From NCBI GenBank assembly GCA_963825135.1, contig CAWGRW010000009.1:1600001-1664000 (forward strand): a stretch of DNA of 64,000 bases. Reading direction: 5' to 3'. A model generated the notes under the pieces. It searched no databases. It was not told the origin of the DNA and saw only the letters and a program-made list of their open reading frames with translations. Origin of the DNA: an uncultured bacterium (GTDB lineage Bacteria; Desulfobacterota_D; UBA1144; Nemesobacterales; UBA2774). Position numbers and translations under genes: made by a program. Shown piece after piece: positions 20,022 through 31,392 of the stretch (the stretch's first letter is position 1; the number at the start of each line of letters is the position of its first letter).

Positions 20022-22745
20022 TTATTTTTCATTAAGAGCGCCCTTGGCCGCGGCGAGTCTCGCTATCGGCACCCTGTAGGGGGAGCAGCTCACGTAGTCT
20101 ACACCTATGGAGTTCGAGAGCTCGATCGATTGCGGGTCTCCTCCATGTTCCCCACATATGCCGACCTTGAGCTCCGGCCTCACTTTTCTGCCTTTCACTA
20201 TCGCCAGCTTCATTAGCTCCACCACGCCCATGTCGAGCGTGAGGAACGGGTCTTTCTCAAGGATGCTGACATTCTTCCCGTTAAGCATCACCTTTTCGTT
20301 CATGTACGTCTTTATAATTTTCCCGGAATCATCCCTCGAGAGCCCGAACATCATCTGCGTAAGGTCGTTTGTGCCGAAGGAGAAGAACTCGGCCTCGGTG
20401 GCTATCTGATCGGCCGTCACTGCTGCTCTCGGTACCTCTATCATGGTGCCTATCTTGTATTTTATTTTCTTCTTCGACTTTCTGAGGACCTCGTCGGCCA
20501 CCTGCTGGATCACGTCTTTCTGCGCCTTCATTTCCGTAACCATGGCCACGAGCGGCACCATTATTTCGGGGACCGCTTTTACGCCCTCATCCGCCACCCC
20601 GCACGCCGCTTCCATAATAGCCGTCACCTGCATTTTTGTGATCTCGGGTATCAGGATGCCGAGCCTGCACCCTCTCAAGCCGAGCATGGGATTGAATTCG
20701 TGGAGGTCCTGCACCCTCTGGAGGAGCAATTTTTTTCTTTCGAGGCCTTTTGAAGACTGCTGTTTCAGCTCCGATTCCTTAACATCGAGCATCAGCTCCT
20801 CGAGTTTCGGCAGGAACTCGTGCAGCGGCGGGTCGATCAGCCTGATGGTGACCGGGCGTCCCTTCATATTGCGGAAAAGCTCTTTGAAGTCGTTCCTCTG
20901 CATGGGTAGGAGCTTCGATAAGTATTTAGCCCTCTCTTCGGCTGTCTGGGAGAGTATCATGTCCTGCATTATCGGTATCCTGTCTTTGGCGAAGAACATA
21001 TGCTCGGTACGGCAGAGTCCAATGCCCTCGGCGCCGAACTTAAACGCGATTCTCGCGTCCTGCGGAGTGTCCGCGTTGGTCCTAACTCCCAACGTCCTGA
21101 TCTTGTCCGCCCATTTCAATACGGAGGTGAATATCCTGTAGTTTTCGGAGTCCTCCGGTCTTATCGTTTCCTCGACGACCTGTATTATGTCGGACGGTAT
21201 CACGGGCACGTGGCCGGAATAAACCTTTCCTTCAAACCCGTCGAGGGATATGAATTCGCCCTCTTTCACGGTGACTTCTCCGGTCGTAAAACGCCTGTTC
21301 TTTTCATCGATGTTTATGTCCTCCGCCCCCACGATACAAACCTTGCCCATCTGTCTTCCCACGACGGCAGCGTGGCTCGTCCTTCCTCCCCGGGCGGTCA
21401 ATACGCCCTTTGAGGCGGCCATCCCCTTAATATCGTCCGCGCTCGTTTCCTTTCTGACAAGAATGGTGCTCTTGCCTTCGCCGGCGAACCTGACCGCTGT
21501 ATCCGCGTCGAGAGCGACGGCTCCGGATACCGCTCCCGGAGACGCCGCGAGCCCTGTGGCTATAACTTTATGTCTCTGTTTCTCTTCCGGATTGAATATC
21601 GGGAACAGGAACTGCTCGAGGTGTTCGGGCTCGATCCTTGAAATCGCCTCTTCCCTCGTAATCAGTTTTTCGTTTACCATGTCGTAGGCGATTTTTAAGG
21701 CTGCGATGCCGGTTCTCTTCCCGTTCCGCGTCTGGAGGAAATAGAGCTTCCCCCTCTCAATCGTGAACTCGAAGTCCTGCATGTCTTTAAAATGTTTTTC
21801 GAGTGTGTTCGCGATCTTCGTCAGCTGCTTGTACGCCGAGGGAAGCTCGCGCGCTAGCTCCCTAATATGCTTCGGGGTCCTGATTCCGGCTACCAGGTCT
21901 TCGCCCTGCGCGTTCATCAGGCACTCGGCGTAGAGACTCTTCTCCCCGCTCGCGGGGTCCCTCGTGAAACCGACGCCTGTTCCCGAATCGTCGCTCATAT
22001 TTCCGAAGACCATTGCCTGCACGTTGGCCGCGGTGCCCAAATCGTCGGGAATGCCGTATTGCTTTCTATAAAAAATAGCCCTCTCGTTATTCCAGGAAAG
22101 GAAGACTGCGCGGATCGCCATGTGTAACTGGTCGAGGGGGCTTTGAGGGAATTCCTCCTTTACCTTTTTCCTGACGAGCCGTTTGGAATGGCGTACGACC
22201 TCTTTTAAAATTTCAGGGGTGAGCTGAGAGTCGCTCTTCACGCCCGCTTTTTTCTTTATATCCGCGAACAGGCGCTCGAACTCCTGTTTGTCGATACCGA
22301 ATACCACGTCCGAAAACATCTCTATAAGCCTTCTGTACGCGTCCCATACGAATACGGGATTATCGGTCCCGGACGAAAGACGTTCAGCTATCCTGTCGTT
22401 GAGGCCCAGATTTAAAATAGTATCCATCATGCCGGGCATCGAAAACTTGGCTCCGGAGCGCACCGAAACCAGGAGCGGGTTTTCCGGGTCGCCCAGCTTT
22501 TTGCCTATGAGCTTTTCAAGCTTCGAAACGTTGAGCTCTATTTCCTTTAATATATATTCCGGTATATGTCTCTTGTGCACATAGAATTCCGCACACGCTT
22601 CGGTGCTTATGGTGAATCCGGGGGGCACCGGAATACCTATTCGTGTCATTTCCGCAAGCCCTGCGCCCTTGCCGCCCAGCAGGTCTTTCATGTTGCCTTT
22701 CCCCTCAGCTTTTCCGTTGCCGAACAAATATACGAATTTCTTCAT
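20022..22745 (-). CDS. ppdK: Pyruvate, phosphate dikinase
   Basis: LLGGKGAGLAEM, SVRSGA, GGRTSHAAVV, GIGLCRTEHMF, SFGTNDLTQ. Confidence 0.98.
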   Translation of the reverse strand: MKKFVYLFGNGKAEGKGNMKDLLGGKGAGLAEMTRIGIPVPPGFTISTEACAEFYVHKRHIPEYILKEIELNVSKLEKLIGKKLGDPENPLLVSVRSGAKFSMPGMMDTILNLGLNDRIAERLSSGTDNPVFVWDAYRRLIEMFSDVVFGIDKQEFERLFADIKKKAGVKSDSQLTPEILKEVVRHSKRLVRKKVKEEFPQSPLDQLHMAIRAVFLSWNNERAIFYRKQYGIPDDLGTAANVQAMVFGNMSDDSGTGVGFTRDPASGEKSLYAECLMNAQGEDLVAGIRTPKHIRELARELPSAYKQLTKIANTLEKHFKDMQDFEFTIERGKLYFLQTRNGKRTGIAALKIAYDMVNEKLITREEAISRIEPEHLEQFLFPIFNPEEKQRHKVIATGLAASPGAVSGAVALDADTAVRFAGEGKSTILVRKETSADDIKGMAASKGVLTARGGRTSHAAVVGRQMGKVCIVGAEDINIDEKNRRFTTGEVTVKEGEFISLDGFEGKVYSGHVPVIPSDIIQVVEETIRPEDSENYRIFTSVLKWADKIRTLGVRTNADTPQDARIAFKFGAEGIGLCRTEHMFFAKDRIPIMQDMILSQTAEERAKYLSKLLPMQRNDFKELFRNMKGRPVTIRLIDPPLHEFLPKLEELMLDVKESELKQQSSKGLERKKLLLQRVQDLHEFNPMLGLRGCRLGILIPEITKMQVTAIMEAACGVADEGVKAVPEIMVPLVAMVTEMKAQKDVIQQVADEVLRKSKKKIKYKIGTMIEVPRAAVTADQIATEAEFFSFGTNDLTQMMFGLSRDDSGKIIKTYMNEKVMLNGKNVSILEKDPFLTLDMGVVELMKLAIVKGRKVRPELKVGICGEHGGDPQSIELSNSIGVDYVSCSPYRVPIARLAAAKGALNEK

Positions 22746-22804
22746 TGCATTATCCTTGTATAAGAAAATGTTTTAGTTCTTCCGACGGGTCTTGCCTTAA
22801 TGAT

Positions 22805-24893
22805 TTATGTGCTTAATTTTGAAAAATCCGCGATTTTAAAAAAAAGATCCCTTATTTCCCAGAGCATCGAAAGCCTGTTCTGTTTTAATTCGGGGTTCTC
22901 GTCCATCACGAGCACGTTATCGAAGAATCGATCCACCGGCTCTTTTAAATTCTTCATGACCGAAAGGGATCCCGAATAATCCCTCTCCGAGATTTTCCGC
23001 CCCACCATTTCACTTGTTTTCACAAATGATGAAAATAGCTCCTTCTCTACCGGCTCGACGAGCAAGAGGCTGCTGACTTCGCTCTTCGGCTGTCCTTTTA
23101 CTATATTCACCACCCGCTTGAATGCAACCCCCAGAGAATCGAAATCTGGCGCCTTGCGGAATTCGGCAAGGGCCTCTATTCTTCTCTTCACCTCGACTAT
23201 GTCGTCGAACCGGGCGCTTATCGCCGCTTCCACTACGTCCTGCGGGAAGCCGTCCGCAATCATGAGGTTCCTGAACCTCTCTTTTATAAAGCCCGTTATT
23301 TCGCCGAGTATATTATCCTGAGGGTCCGAGAACTTTCCACCGGTCTGACTGATAATTGCGCCTAGCCCCGCCCGGAAGAGCTCGGGGATGATCAGATGGT
23401 ACTTTCTTTCCAGTATTATATTGATTATTCCTATTGCCTGTCTTCTCAACGCATACGGGTCTGAGGTCCCGGTCGGAATAAGCCCCGACATGTAGCACGC
23501 CGAAATCGTGTCTACCTTGTCGGCGACGCTTATCACGGAGCCGAAGTCGGTCTCGGGCAGGTCCCCTTCGCGGGAAGTAGGTTTGTACTGCTCTTCGATT
23601 GCAGCCGCAACGTCGTTTTTCTCGCCCGCGAGCAGGGCATAGTATCTGCCCATGATCCCCTGAAGCTCCGGGAATTCGAATACCATCTGTGTGGCCAGGT
23701 CGGCCTTCGAAAGCTCCGCGGCCCGGACTATGTCGGCAAGCGTGTCCTCAAAACCGAGCTCTCTGCGCTATCTCCCCCGCGAGTTTCTTTAATCTCTCGG
23801 TCTTATCGTAATAGGTGCCGAGGTCCGATAAAAAAACCATGCCTTTTAATTTCTCTATCTTTTCGGAGAGCGGTCTCCCCCTGTCCTCATCATAAAAGAA
23901 CCTGGCGTCGGTAAACCTCGCCCTTATGACCCTCTCGTTCCCCTTTATCACGACGCTGCTGTCCTTCGCCTTCGTCCCCGCCACAAAGATAAAATGGGGC
24001 AGGAGCCTTCCGTCTCCCGATTTCGAGAGGACGGGGAAATATTTCTGGTGATTTTTCATGACGCTTATCAGGACTTCTTTGGGGAGCTCGAGGAATCCCT
24101 CTTCGAAATCGCCCTTGAGCACTACCGGGTACTCGACCAGGTAAGTGACGGTCTCAAGGAGCTCCTCGTCTTTTAGCGCGGTCCCTCCGATCCTGCCCTC
24201 AAGCTCGGCGATCCCTTTCTCTATCGAGCGCTTTCTCTCGTCCTGATCGAGGATAACGAAGCCCTTCCCGAGCCCTCCGGTATAGTCGTCCCAGCCCGAT
24301 ACGGTAAAAGGCTTCGGGTTCATGAACCTGTGCCCGAACGATTTCGCGGAGCTTTTCACTCCCTCTATGTCGAACCGTATTGTCTTGCCTCCGTAGACCG
24401 CGAGTATCCACCTTATCGGTCTTACGAACGCCGTCTCGCCGTCGCCCCATTTCATCGACTTCCTGAAGCGGAGCGCTCCGATAATACGGGGGAGCATTTC
24501 CTTAAGCAGCTTTTCCGTCTTCCGCCCCTTTATCCGTTTCACCGCCGCCAGGAACTCGCCCCTGTCCCTCTTTACGGTTACGAGCTCGCTGACCTCGACC
24601 CCCTGGGATTTTGCGAACCCGACAGTCGCGTTAGTGGGGCTGCCTTTATCGTCAAACGCTATCCTTATCGGAGGGCCGTATGACTCCCTTGTCTGATCCT
24701 CCTGCTTCTCGCTCAGGTCCCTTACCCGGAGCGTCAGTCTCCTCGGGGTGCCGAAGGACGAAATCCCCCCGTGCGGGATTGCGTTCTCGTCGAATTCGCG
24801 CCCCGAAATCTCGGACAGGTCCCTGATGGCTTCTTTCATGAAGCCGGCGGGGATTTCCTCCGTTCCTATTTCCAGTATCAGCTCTTTTTCCAT
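22805..24893 (-). CDS. glyS: Glycine--tRNA ligase beta subunit, split by a frameshift near 23762
   Basis: [10 protein letters not shown]-terminus; second frame continues [38 protein letters not shown]...DPYALRR. Confidence 0.92.
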
Positions 24894-25765
24894 GGATTCT
24901 TTTTCGCGAGGGGGAAACCCATCTCCTCCCTTTCAAGGAGATATCCCTCGGCGCACTGTTTCGCGAGCGCACGCACCCTGCCGATATAAGAAGCCCGCTC
25001 CGCGACGCCTATAGCCCCGCGCGCGTCCAGCAGGTTAAACGTGTGGGAGCACTTGAGACAGTAGTCGTAAGCGGGGAGGGGGAGCTTCTTCCGTATTAAC
25101 TTGCCGCATTCGGACTCAAACTTGTCGAACATGTCCCGCAGCATCACGGGATCGGACTCCTGAAAATTATATGTAGAGAATTCGAATTCGTCCCTGTGAT
25201 GGATCTCGCCGTATGTAATCCCCTTCGTCCATTCGAGGTCGTACACGCTTTCCACGCCCTGGAGGTACATCGCTATCCTCTCCGTGCCGTATGTAAGTTC
25301 CGCGGAGACCGGCTTCAGGTCTATGCCGCCCGCCTGCTGAAAATACGTGAATTGAGTGATCTCCATTCCGTCGAGCCACACCTCCCATCCGAGCCCCCAG
25401 GCGCCCAGGGTGGGGGACTCCCAGTCGTCTTCCACGAACCTGATATCGTGGGCGAGCGGGTCTATGCCGAGGTATCTCAGGCTGTCGAGGTAGAGGTCCT
25501 GAATATTGTTCGGCGACGGCTTTATCAGTACCTGAAACTGGTAATAGTGCTGGAGCCTGTTCGGGTTATCCCCGTACCTGCCGTCGGTAGGCCTCCTCGA
25601 AGGCTCGACGTAGGCTACGTGCCATGGCTCCGGGCCGAGGCACCTGAGGAACGTCGCCGGGTGGAACGTCCCCGCACCCTTCTCCAAATCGTAAGGCTGC
25701 ATTATTATGCAGCCCTTTTTAGCCCAGTAGCTCTGAAGCGATAGTATTAGTTCCTGAAATGTCAT
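24878..25765 (-). CDS. glyQ: Glycine--tRNA ligase alpha subunit
   Basis: [43 protein letters not shown]. Confidence 0.98.
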   Translation of the reverse strand: MTFQELILSLQSYWAKKGCIIMQPYDLEKGAGTFHPATFLRCLGPEPWHVAYVEPSRRPTDGRYGDNPNRLQHYYQFQVLIKPSPNNIQDLYLDSLRYLGIDPLAHDIRFVEDDWESPTLGAWGLGWEVWLDGMEITQFTYFQQAGGIDLKPVSAELTYGTERIAMYLQGVESVYDLEWTKGITYGEIHHRDEFEFSTYNFQESDPVMLRDMFDKFESECGKLIRKKLPLPAYDYCLKCSHTFNLLDARGAIGVAERASYIGRVRALAKQCAEGYLLEREEMGFPLAKKNPWKKS

Positions 25766-25968
25766 TTAATGTTCTTCAGCCCGAAAAATTCGAGGGAAAA
25801 TAATACCATTATTTACATTTTTTGGAAATCTTGGGGTGTAATGATTCAGGCTCCGGTGTTACGCGCCCGGCTCCCGGTTACTCGCCCGGACGAGACGATT
25901 CGCCGGGTGATTCGTCTCGGCGCCGTTCATAGACAAAAACCCCCTCTCAGGTATCTTTCCAATTCGTT

Positions 25969-27009
25969 ATGGCAAAGACCACTTACAAGAGCTCCGGAGT
26001 CGATATAGATGCCGGGAACCGCTTTGTCGAGCTCATAAGACCGCTCGCCGCAGCCACGCTGAATAAGCGCGTGCTCGGAAAGATAGGCGGCTTCTCGGGC
26101 GCGTACGAGCTTCCGCAGAAAAAGTACAGGAAACCCGTGCTCGTAGCCGCGACGGACGGCGTGGGGACCAAGCTCAAGATCGCCTTCATGACCGGGAGGC
26201 TCGATACGGTCGGGATAGACCTCGTGGCCATGAACGTAAACGACATCATCGCCTGCGGCGCCGAACCTCTTTTCTTTCTCGATTATATCGCCACCTCCAG
26301 GCTCAATCCCGAGGAGGCGGCGGAGATCGTGAAGGGGATAGTGAAAGGGTGCAGGGAGGCCGGATGTGCGCTCCTGGGCGGAGAGACCGCCGAGATGCCG
26401 GGTTTCTACGGCAAAGGCGAGTTCGATCTCGCCGGGTTCGCCGTAGGTATACTGGACAGGGACGAATTTATAGACGGCTCGGGCGTCAGGCCCGGAGACG
26501 CGGTCATAGGGCTCGCATCGAGCGGGCTTCATTCAAACGGATATTCGCTCGCGAGAAAGGTGCTCCTCGGAAAGAAGAGATACAAACTCGAAGATAAGCC
26601 CGAACCGCTTAGTCGGCCCCTTTCTAAGGAGTTATTAGAGCCAACCCGAATATATGTAAAAACGATATTGAGCTTGAAGAAGCAGTTCAGGATAAAAGCG
26701 ATTGCACATATTACCGGGGGCGGACTGTTAGAGAATATTCCCAGAGTCATGCCCAAAAAATACGCGGCGGCTCTCGATTCGTCTGCGTGGACTGTTCCAC
26801 CAATACTGGAGCTCATTAAGAAGGAGGGCCGTATTGATGACGAGGAAATGCGGCGTACATTCAACTGCGGGATCGGTCTCGTGATTATTGTCAAGTCTTC
26901 CGATGCGGGCCGGGTGCTGAAGAAGCTGCGCCTGCTAAAAGAAAAGGCGTACCTGATTGGGGAGATAGTCAAAAGGGGGAAAGGGGATCAGGGCGTGATT
27001 GTCAGATGA
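25969..27009 (+). CDS. purM: Phosphoribosylformylglycinamidine cyclo-ligase
   Basis: YKSSGVDI, TDGVGTKL, GGETAEMPG, SSGLHSNGYSL, HITGGG. Confidence 0.97.
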   Translation: MAKTTYKSSGVDIDAGNRFVELIRPLAAATLNKRVLGKIGGFSGAYELPQKKYRKPVLVAATDGVGTKLKIAFMTGRLDTVGIDLVAMNVNDIIACGAEPLFFLDYIATSRLNPEEAAEIVKGIVKGCREAGCALLGGETAEMPGFYGKGEFDLAGFAVGILDRDEFIDGSGVRPGDAVIGLASSGLHSNGYSLARKVLLGKKRYKLEDKPEPLSRPLSKELLEPTRIYVKTILSLKKQFRIKAIAHITGGGLLENIPRVMPKKYAAALDSSAWTVPPILELIKKEGRIDDEEMRRTFNCGIGLVIIVKSSDAGRVLKKLRLLKEKAYLIGEIVKRGKGDQGVIVR

Positions 27010-27033
27010 CACTCGTAATGCTTATTCCGATCG

Positions 27034-28040
27034 CTATCTGATAAACCCGCCGAATTGATATATGAATGTGGCTTTTATATTCAGCTTCTCTAACGATCCC
27101 CAGCCTTCGGGGAAAGGAGCGTAGGGCGCTGCCGACCTGATCGCCCTTATGGCTTCGTTGTCGAGGCGCGCGTATCCGGACGAGTTCAGGAGCTCGATAT
27201 TTTCGAGGTCTCCGTTTCGCTTAATCGTGAAAACGAGAAAGAGCTGCCCCTCTTCTCCCCGGTAACGCGATTCCTCCGGGTAATGCCAGACGCTCTCTAT
27301 CTGACTCTTTAACTTCGAGAAGTAGGAGAGGTATCTGAATTCGGTTGTGCTAAGCTCAACCGTGTCCTCCTTCATGTTTACGTCCCGCGCTCCGAGATAG
27401 CCGTCCGATGTCTGCGCGCTCTGGGGGAAGGTGTTAGGGACATTGCTGAACAATTGCTCCCTGGTTATATTCGGTACTGCTCGTTCCTCATATTTTTGAG
27501 TAGTCGTTTTCTGACCGCTGGTGCCTTCTTTCAATTGCTCCTTGGGTAGCGATGCCAGAGTCTTGTCGCGCAACATGTCTTCCCTCTTGATGCTCTGATC
27601 GGTCTTCTCGTTCTTGGGTTTCTCGGCCACCCTGGTTTTGGGTTCCGCCTTCTTGACCGTCTTTTTAGGTTCCTGTTTCTTTGCTTCCTGCGCGGGTTTT
27701 TGAGGAGCCGCCGGTTTTTGCGGAGGGGGCAGGGCTACACTACCCCGCTTTGTGAACTCGTCCCTCGTTTTTTCTTTCTCCGCTATATGCGATCTTTCCG
27801 CAAGCCTCTTCGTTTGCTCGGGAGGCTTCGTTTCCTTCTCCTTCGGTACGGGCAGTTCTGTTATTTCGATATACTCCGGTTCCTTTTTTTCCTTCTTGGC
27901 CTGCTTGTCTATGATTTCGTTTTGATAAATTAATAAGCAGGGCGAGGATAACGAGGTGGATGAATACCGATCCGATTATAAACGGCGTTATCCGTTTCTT
28001 TCGGGTTCTTTCTCAGGTGCTTAAGCCTTATCTGCTTCAC
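27034..28040 (-). CDS. TonB family protein; N-terminus frameshifted, start uncertain
   Basis: C-terminal TonB domain (WHYPEES, SSGYARLDNEAIRAI); Pro/Lys-rich frame open to ~27930; TM anchor with SxxxH (FIIGSVFIHLVILALL) in the adjacent frame. Confidence 0.75.
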
Positions 28041-28283
28041 TCGTTATAATGATACCATTCTAAGTATTTATATTCTATTTTTGTGGCCGGTTTTCCATCA
28101 TGCTTTATAAAAAACTTGAATGTTGGAGAGTTGGAGGAAGCGGATTGCGCCCTCTCAAATAATAAACATAACGGCGCGCCGGTAAAATTCTGTAGACCTG
28201 GATAACGCATATGCCTACACGGCGGGAAAGGCGCGGAGGCATAAGTCGTTGGTATGATCCGGCTCACTCGCAGATGTGTACGA

Positions 28284-29042
28284 TCAAAGTACCCGGGACA
28301 GGTCTGATCTCAGCTTCTCGAGAAATCCATAATTCGTGAGGTCGAGGCTTATCGGGGTTATCGATACGTACCCGTCTCTCACGGCGGTTATATCCGAATT
28401 CTCTATTTCCAGCGAGCCCAGTTCGTACCCGCCTATCCAGTAATATTTCTTCCCCCTGGGATCGACCTTTTCCACTACCGGTTCTCCGTATACACGCTTC
28501 CCCTGTCTCGTCACTTTGATGCCTTTAATCTTATCCGTCGAGAGGTTCGGTACATTCACGTTAAGCACGGTGTCCTCAGGGAGCTTCTTTTCCAGGACGT
28601 ACCTCGCAATGATCTGCGAGAAATAGGAAGCCGCATCGAAGTTAAAGTCGGTCTTGGTCGCGAGGGAAATCGCGATTGAGTTAATTCCGAGAAGAGCGCC
28701 CTCCATGGCCGCGCTTACGGTGCCCGAATATGTTATATCGTCGCCCAGGTTTTCTCCCTTGTTTATGCCCGATACGACGAGGTCGGGCTTCCTGTCTTTC
28801 AGTATCCCGTTTATAGCCAGGTTGATGCAGTCGGTTGGGGTCCCGTCCACGGCGTAAACATATTCCGATATCTGCTCTATCCTGAGCGGGCGGTAGAGGC
28901 TCAAAGAATGGCTCACTGCGCTCTGGTCCCTGTCGGGAGCGACTATGTAAACCTCCCCGAGCGGTTTCAGGGCCTCGCGGAGCTTGTGGAGCCCTTCGGA
29001 GTTTATTCCGTCATCGTTCGATATGAGTATAGTCGGCGGCAT
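28284..29042 (-). CDS. surE: 5'/3'-nucleotidase SurE
   Basis: ILISNDDGI, GTPTDC, SGINKGENLG, YSGTVSAAMEG. Confidence 0.96.
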   Translation of the reverse strand: MPPTILISNDDGINSEGLHKLREALKPLGEVYIVAPDRDQSAVSHSLSLYRPLRIEQISEYVYAVDGTPTDCINLAINGILKDRKPDLVVSGINKGENLGDDITYSGTVSAAMEGALLGINSIAISLATKTDFNFDAASYFSQIIARYVLEKKLPEDTVLNVNVPNLSTDKIKGIKVTRQGKRVYGEPVVEKVDPRGKKYYWIGGYELGSLEIENSDITAVRDGYVSITPISLDLTNYGFLEKLRSDLSRVL

Positions 29043-29155
29043 GTCTTGATAACCGATGGAAAGGAATCGCCCGGTCAGGCAATAGAAAATACACAATTAA
29101 CGGCGGCGGGCAAGTTTTATCTGTGTCACCTCGGCCGAGAAAGCGATTGAATCAA

Positions 29156-29232
29156 TGGTCGGGGTGGCCGGAATCGAACCGGCGACCCTCGGCACCCCAT
29201 GCCGATGCGCTACCAAGCTGCGCTACACCCCG
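29156..29232 (-). tRNA. tRNA-Pro(GGG)
   Basis: CGGGGTGTAGCGCAGCTTGGTAGCGCATCGGCATGGGGTGCCGAGGGTCGCCGGTTCGATTCCGGCCACCCCGACCA; cloverleaf with encoded CCA. Confidence 0.96.
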
Positions 29233-29280
29233 TGTGAGTACAATGAATGATTTCTATGGAAAGAGTGGGAGGCGAATAAA

Positions 29281-29625
29281 CTAGCCCAGGTTCTGCTTAA
29301 TTGATTTTAATTCGCCCAATACTTCGTGAAGCAAAACATTTACCTTAGTGCTTACACGCTTCTGATTAGCTTCTTCTTTAAGCTTCTTTTTGGCGCCCGC
29401 TATCGTAAAGCTCTGCTCATAAAGCATATTCTTAATCTTTATTATCGTGTGTATTGCATCACGGTCATAAAGTCTCTGGGACTTTCTCCTGATCGGGGTT
29501 ATTTCTTCGAATTCACTCTCCCAGTACCTTAGTACATAAGGTTTGATCCCGGTGAAATCGCTTACTTCGCCGATCCGGAAATATATCTTATCAGGTAAAC
29601 TCACTTCAGCTTTATTCTGCAACAT
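29281..29625 (-). CDS. MerR family transcriptional regulator
   Basis: YFRIGEVS...PYVLRYWESEF; usual merR-tRNAPro-surE context. Confidence 0.9.
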   Translation of the reverse strand: MLQNKAEVSLPDKIYFRIGEVSDFTGIKPYVLRYWESEFEEITPIRRKSQRLYDRDAIHTIIKIKNMLYEQSFTIAGAKKKLKEEANQKRVSTKVNVLLHEVLGELKSIKQNLG

Positions 29626-29742
29626 ATTTTAAAAATTAGACCACTTTGGTTTAATTGTCAAGTGTAAATGATTAGGTATTACCTATATTTATACAATGAT
29701 TTTAAAGTATGAAGAAATTCCCCTATTAAACCCTTATATCGT

Positions 29743-31077
29743 TTAATTTGAGGGCTGCCGGAACGGATCGAACAGGGAAATGGCTCCGAGGGCCCTTTCC
29801 GCTATATGTACTTTCTTCTGTGATTTCGGGGTTTTCTCATCTGGAAGGGGAAATAATCCAAAATTAATGTTCATAGGCTGAAAACGGGTGATGTTCCCGT
29901 CGGAAATGTGGCTCAACAACGATCCCGTCGCGGTCTCGGGGCCGGGGATTACAGGGCTTTTGCCCATGGAGACCCGTGCCGCGTTGATGCCCGCAATTAT
30001 CCCCATCACCGCTGATTCGATATAGCCTTCGACGCCTACTATTTGCCCCGCAAAAAATATGAGATCGTTATTTATCAATTGAAGGGTCGGACGGAGGAGC
30101 CTGGGGGAGTCAATGTAGGTGTTTCTATGGACGCTTCCGAACCTCATGAATTCGGCGCCCTCGAGACCGGGGATCATCCTGAATATGCGTCGCTGTTCGG
30201 GATACCTGAGCTTTGTCTGGAACCCAACTACGTTGTACATCGAACGCTCCTTGTTTTCCGCCCTCAGCTGGACGACGGCGAAAGGCGCGGTCCCCGTGCG
30301 CGGGTCCCTGAGGCCGACCGGCCGCGCGGGTCCGAACCTCAACGTATCCCTCCCGCGCTCGACAATTTCCTCTATGGGGAGACAGCTCTCGAAGTAAATC
30401 CCCTTTTCGAAATCCCTTGTCTCTATTTTCTCGGCTCCGGCGATCTCGTCCACAAAAGTGTAATATTCTTCTCTATTCATGGGACAGTTTATATAATCCC
30501 CTTCCCCGCTGTTTTCATACCTCGACGCTCTGTAAACCCTCGAATAATCTATGGAGTCCCCGTCTATGATCGGGGAAATCGCGTCGTAGAAATATAAATG
30601 ACCGGACTCGGTCAGGTCCCGGATGCTCTCCGCCAGGGATTCCGAGGTGAGCGGCCCGGTGGCTATTATCAGAGGCGAATCGTGCGAATCCGGAATATTC
30701 GTGAATTCCTCCCTTATGATTTCGATGAGCGGATTATTCTCAATCTTTTCAGTTATATACCGGGCGAATGCGGCCCTGTCGACAGCCAGGGCCTTACCCG
30801 CGGGAACGCGTGTACACTCGGCCGCTTCCAGAATTAACGAGCCTAGGTGTTTCATTTCCTCTTTCAGTATCCCGCTTGCGTTCTCAAGGGAATCGGACTT
30901 CAGGGAATTACTGCAAACGAGCTCACCCAGGTCCCCGGTACTGTGCGCCGGGGATGTTTTGTTCGGCCTCATCTCGTAGAGCTTCACCTTGATTCCGAAT
31001 TTCGACGCAGCATGGGCCGCCTCAGAGCCGGCGAGTCCGCCGCCGACTATAACTATAGTGTCTGATTTCATGGGCAT
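29743..31077 (-). CDS. trmFO: Folate/FAD-dependent tRNA (uracil-5)-methyltransferase
   Basis: GGGLAGSEAA, ELVCSNS, FYDAISPI, VGFQTKL, HRNTYI, FQPMNINFG. Confidence 0.96.
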   Translation of the reverse strand: MPMKSDTIVIVGGGLAGSEAAHAASKFGIKVKLYEMRPNKTSPAHSTGDLGELVCSNSLKSDSLENASGILKEEMKHLGSLILEAAECTRVPAGKALAVDRAAFARYITEKIENNPLIEIIREEFTNIPDSHDSPLIIATGPLTSESLAESIRDLTESGHLYFYDAISPIIDGDSIDYSRVYRASRYENSGEGDYINCPMNREEYYTFVDEIAGAEKIETRDFEKGIYFESCLPIEEIVERGRDTLRFGPARPVGLRDPRTGTAPFAVVQLRAENKERSMYNVVGFQTKLRYPEQRRIFRMIPGLEGAEFMRFGSVHRNTYIDSPRLLRPTLQLINNDLIFFAGQIVGVEGYIESAVMGIIAGINAARVSMGKSPVIPGPETATGSLLSHISDGNITRFQPMNINFGLFPLPDEKTPKSQKKVHIAERALGAISLFDPFRQPSN

Positions 31078-31376
31078 TATTCTACCTGAGCGAAGGTTTT
31101 TCGTTGCCGGTTGTCCCGCTATGAAGACAAATCCGGAAAAGCGAGAGATAATCAGCGGAGATTATCATTTATCTGCTTCAAATTTCATTTCCAGCGAATT
31201 ATTTGAATCTTGTAAGCCCTTCATGGCGGATGACCGCGCCCCGGTGACAAATAAAGTCTGCGCAATACAATATTCGTCATGTCAAATCATTAGTGATAAC
31301 TGCGGGTTACATAAAATTCTTAAGATTCTATTGTTATATTAGTGACTTATGTGATAACCGTGCCTGTATGGTTCCA

Positions 31377-31392
31377 TGGCATATATTTTGCT
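31377..31392 (+). promoter_or_regulatory. Sigma54 (-24/-12) promoter upstream of pilB
   Basis: TGGCATATATTTTGCT, exact GG-N10-GC spacing. Confidence 0.7.

Noticed and set aside
25848..25925. Short imperfect direct repeat and hairpin between glyQ and purM
   Set aside because: Only two degenerate units; no T-box or riboswitch consensus recognised.
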